Positions 60,330-64,000 of a DNA stretch of 64,000 bases are shown here, piece by piece; within the stretch, counting starts at the first letter, position 1; the number at the start of each line of letters is the position of its first letter. Made by a program: the position numbers and the translations under genes. A model generated the notes under the pieces. It did no database searches. It was not told the origin of the DNA and worked only from the letters and a program-made list of their open reading frames with translations. Origin of the DNA: Ramazzottius varieornatus. Its lineage: Eukaryota; Animalia; Tardigrada. The stretch covers positions 496,001 through 560,000 of the forward strand of contig BDGG01000002.1 in assembly GCA_001949185.1 (NCBI GenBank), written 5' to 3'.

Positions 60330-60815
60330 TAAGCTCTGTTTCATCTACCAATGGGTGGTACTTTTAGCCTCCTCGCCAACCCATCCAACATTTTTTATGG
60401 ATTCTTTTACGGCCATAGTTCTTAGTTCGCAAGGCGGGTCAACTTGGCCGTTTTAGAAAGTCAAGATCAGCTCTTGATCATCCCGCTACGGGGGAAGATC
60501 AACTGATAGGATCTCTGATCCTCAGTATGTACGATCCTCCACACAGTCGTACGCGTGAATCCGTCCCGGGTAGTGAGCACGCGGCAGACTGGCCAATCAN
60601 NNNNNNNNNNNNNNNNNNNNNNNNNNNNNNNNNNNNNNNNNNNNNNNNNTCCCCCGTAGCGGGATGATCGAAAGCTGATCTTAACTTTCTAAAACGGCCA
60701 AGTTGACCCGCCTTGCGAACTAAAAACTATGGCCGTAAAAGAATCCATAAAAAATGTTAGATGGGTTGGCCAGGAGGCTAAAAGTACCACCCATCGGTAG
60801 ATGAAACAGAGCTTA
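60330..60815. mobile_element. Foldback/TIR element with inverted repeats of about 165 bp spanning a 50-N gap
   Basis: 60330-60495 (taagctctgtttcatctacc...cccgctacggggga) is the near-identical reverse complement of 60650-60815. TA at both ends; gap at 60600-60649. Confidence 0.8.
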
Positions 60816-61952
60816 GGATGAAGCCGAAAGTATAAAAAAGAAAGTTGCCACAGCACGGTTCTTATCGATCCCAATGACGTACTCTGTCTGATTTTGTACT
60901 CCAGTCGGTAATGCAGCGATTCCACTTCCTCACGGAGAACCATTACGGAGCTCCTGACGGAGCTCCGTAATGAGTGATTCTACTCTCGATAGTTTCGAGT
61001 CGGTCATGAGAGGAGAAGTGGAATCACTCATTTCGGAGCTCTTGGCGGAAGTCCGTGATAGCTTCTCGTAATGACTTCTATATGACTTTACGTAAATTAA
61101 GAAAAGTGCGAAATGTACCGCGTCCGACATGAGCGATAACGCGACACAACATTCGGTTGATTGAAATATATGGTGGTTTGAACGGAAGACCCGGAAATAC
61201 AGTGCGAGAGTTATGAGGTATATTCTACTTCCTCGTTCCAGCCAGTAATCAGAAATACGTGATGGGTCCGGAGAATGCTCCTCTCCCGAGATGACTTTTT
61301 CCGTGATGGTTTTCCCAGTTATGGTGATGGAAAATTTTCGTAAAGGGCAAAACCGCGCCAGTTACGAGAAGTGAAATCGCTGCATAACCCCTCAACCCTC
61401 AAAACCCGCCGAAATGGTTTCGACTTCGAACATGAATTATGCTTGCAGCGTTGAATGGTTGGGCCAGCGGTAGAGTAGACCAGTAAGGCGTGGCTAATTT
61501 AGGATAGATAGATTTATCGAGCCTCGAAAATCTAGTCGACGGCTTCCACGATCGTCAGAGGATAACGAAACATAAAAATACAGTACTAACAGGTTTGGCA
61601 AGTGGAAGCGATCAAGACTAACTTCAGAGATTGACACATAGAGATTACCATCCGAGATCAGGCACCGGAAAGGAAGTGGAAAACTCTCACAACCATAGCA
61701 GGCAGAGCTAACTACCAAACAGGGAATGAGGGAGCGTTCTTTCCGCCTCAGTCCAGGTGCTCACTCGTCCATTTCCATGTCCGACTGGCTCCGTCGTTCC
61801 CGGTTTGATGCTCGGTCCATGTGTGTGGTTGGGTTTCTGCTGTCCGTCGCGAGGGTCTTCGCCGAATTGGGCTCGCCCGCCGAACCTGGTAGTACCGACG
61901 GGAATTGATCCGCCTGGCTCGGCGGGTCCAGGTTCTGGCGGCTTTTCGGGGG

Positions 61953-62606
61953 TCACCCTCCTCTGCAGTTCCGGGGGTAGTCTTCCCGTCGTCCGTTACT
62001 ATCACGTCCACTTCCCTGGTGGCCGCCACGTCCACTGCCACGTCCACCGCCCCGTCCAGCGCCATGGCCGCCCCCTCGACCAGCACCGCGTCCGTCAGAG
62101 CGGCCATAAGCACCGCCACGCCCACCGTAGCCCCGACCTCGGTTTCTGTTTGAGTTACAGTGGTAAGGCGGTTGATTGCCGAGGCGACGGTGATCGAAGG
62201 GCTTGCGCGGTGGGCCGATCGACCCCAAGTTGATCTTCACATCCGGTCGACCTGTACCGACGGGGCTGTTGATAACCGCTGATGCATGGTAGGAGCTGGC
62301 TTGAGAGACGCGAAGGCTGGACGGCTGGATGGCCGGAGCGCCAGGGTTGATGGATGGAGCAGCTGGTTGGGTCGCTGCAGTGGCTAGTTGGTTCGCTGTC
62401 ATCCCCTGTAGGATCAACCACTCATCGGCTGTGAATCTCGGTTGAGCGAGAGTTCCCAGCAGAGGCGTACCCGCTGAGGGACCGGGGGAAAAGCAAAACG
62501 GGGGTCCTAGCGGGAAACCCATAAGAAATCCCGTGGTCAGTCCGGGCATTTGGTAAGGAGCATAGGCTCCAGTCATTCCTCCAAATATGCTGAAGGGGAA
62601 ATTCAT
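61953..62606 (-). CDS. Pro/Gly-rich low-complexity ORF with RGG/GRG repeats, possibly decayed
   Basis: 217 aa including RGRGYGGRGGAYGRSDGRGAGRGGGHGAGRGGGRGSGRGG. Acceptor-like tattttcag just upstream. The frame stays open about 63 codons past the TGA. Confidence 0.4.
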   Translation of the reverse strand: MNFPFSIFGGMTGAYAPYQMPGLTTGFLMGFPLGPPFCFSPGPSAGTPLLGTLAQPRFTADEWLILQGMTANQLATAATQPAAPSINPGAPAIQPSSLRVSQASSYHASAVINSPVGTGRPDVKINLGSIGPPRKPFDHRRLGNQPPYHCNSNRNRGRGYGGRGGAYGRSDGRGAGRGGGHGAGRGGGRGSGRGGHQGSGRDSNGRREDYPRNCRGG

Positions 62607-63296
62607 AATCTGAAAATAGCATTTGGTTACTTCCTATGTCCGGTCATCTGGTCAGGAAGTATGGAACAGGAACAACGAGAGAACTATTCTTAATTGGGCA
62701 ATCAAGATTGTCAATGTCAGGAACTCTTCTTACCGATTGGTCACTTACAGATATTCTTTAACTTCAAGCCCGTTCCCTATGGCGTCATCTGGCCACGCCT
62801 CACTCTTCTACTCTGCCGCTAGGCCTGCTGGATATCAAGGTCAAATCTTTCAATCAATCAACCATTTGGCCTAGAAACCGAGATCCTTCTGTTGGTTCTT
62901 GATTGTCTAATCAGACAACCTGGTTCTCAAATTTTCATCTCTCCATTTTCCAACTCTGACTCGTAATCAATCATCATCCGTTTCATCTCGTCCCGGGACG
63001 GTCTCCTAACAGAAGTCAGGGTTATCCCACCTTGTTCTGCGTGTTTTAAGGAACTCAAGAATGGGCAAGGAGCCGTAGAAGAAGGTACACTGGAAGGCGT
63101 ACCTCGGTAAACTTGCGCAGCCTTGATAACCAACGGTTAATGTTGTTCCATGTTTGTCCATATTTCTCGCCAGTAAAAAGTTGTTTGGTTCTAGTTTTGA
63201 GGCTTTTTCGACGAGTAATGGATGAGTGAAGACTAGCCAGCACGAACTGATACCGTCTTCTTTATCCTGAATATTGTGGGGAATTTACTGCCAGAG

Positions 63297-63784
63297 ATGC
63301 CGTCTGTGATCCGTTTGTTGACATTCTTTCTCCTCCTTAATCTCTCCTGCGCCTATCACTACCCTTCAGCTCAAGGCAGCTACGAGTTTGAAGCTCCAAA
63401 GGCCGAAGACAGTCCTCCAGCCGGCGGTTACGGTAACCCCCACCGCGAAGAATGGGCCACGTCGGGGACGAAGCCCATCCAAGTGGAGGCGTCTCGCAGT
63501 AAAGCCCTCAAGACGTTCTGCTGGCCCGGCTTCCGGAAGGACATTCGACGGACATGGTACACCGCTTTCTTTCTCCTGAACATCACCGACGACAGCTTCC
63601 ACCTGTACAAAGGCACGACGACGGAAGAAGTGCAGTATCAGTTCAAAAGCTCGTCGCGCTTTTTCGCCCTGCCGTGGAGGGAGAAAGTAATCAAGCTCAA
63701 CGGCTTCTCCCCCACCTGCCTCGGTGTCTACACCAACAAAGCTTACAGTGTTACTTTGCAGCTGAAACATTTGGATTACGTCAG
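63297..63784 (+). CDS. NEMP1-like: Nuclear envelope integral membrane protein (NEMP/TMEM194), exon 1; gene continues beyond the window
   Basis: Signal peptide, FCWPG...W, EEV, LNGFSPTCLGVYT..YSVTL...LDYVR, then a GT donor; this matches the NEMP luminal domain pattern as I recall it. Confidence 0.7.
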
Positions 63785-64000
63785 GTAAAAACCGAAGGAA
63801 GACGAAAAGACGGAAGAAAAGTTGTAGATTTTCTGTATTTTTACGGTTTTTAGTATTTTCACCCATATGAGCCGATTACTACAAAAACCAGACGCCTGAC
63901 ATCATGAACCAATTCGGATGGGCTAGGGTTGACTTGTCGTCCGTGCAAGCCGCTCATGACGTCATTATTGCGTTTCGGCCACACGGGTGGTGTGGGTGTT

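Noticed and set aside
60941-60972. Perfect 14-bp-stem hairpin cattacggagctcc-tgac-ggagctccgtaatg
   Set aside because: Isolated, with no second copy or functional context seen.

Overview
Eukaryotic, intron-rich animal DNA from a compact invertebrate genome. Short introns and the neuropeptide and receptor repertoire point to an ecdysozoan; a tardigrade is my unverified guess. There are two 50-N assembly gaps. Hand-spliced genes, in order: 3' exon of an unknown gene with a possible chromo-shadow-like end, ARL13B, a Drp1-like dynamin lacking a canonical P-loop, a D1-like dopamine receptor, two tandem orphan single-TM proteins, a GT31 galactosyltransferase, nested MITEs with a decayed pogo-type transposase and a LINE fragment, an RNF38/44-like RING-H2 ligase, a decayed Slo pseudogene, an intact 17-exon Slo/BK-like channel, convergent tachykinin-like and leucokinin-like precursors, and exon 1 of NEMP. 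Two signals stand out. (1) The BK-like channel keeps its Ca2+ sensors, but its TVGYGD K+ filter is replaced by LIDLSG, and a similar LYGxxTLID motif recurs in the neighbouring decayed paralog. (2) A very abundant, mostly intronic palindromic element (GTGGCGCAC-N25-GTGCGCCAC, about 82-bp tandem period) occurs at roughly 35 loci. All exon models and alignments were made by eye.
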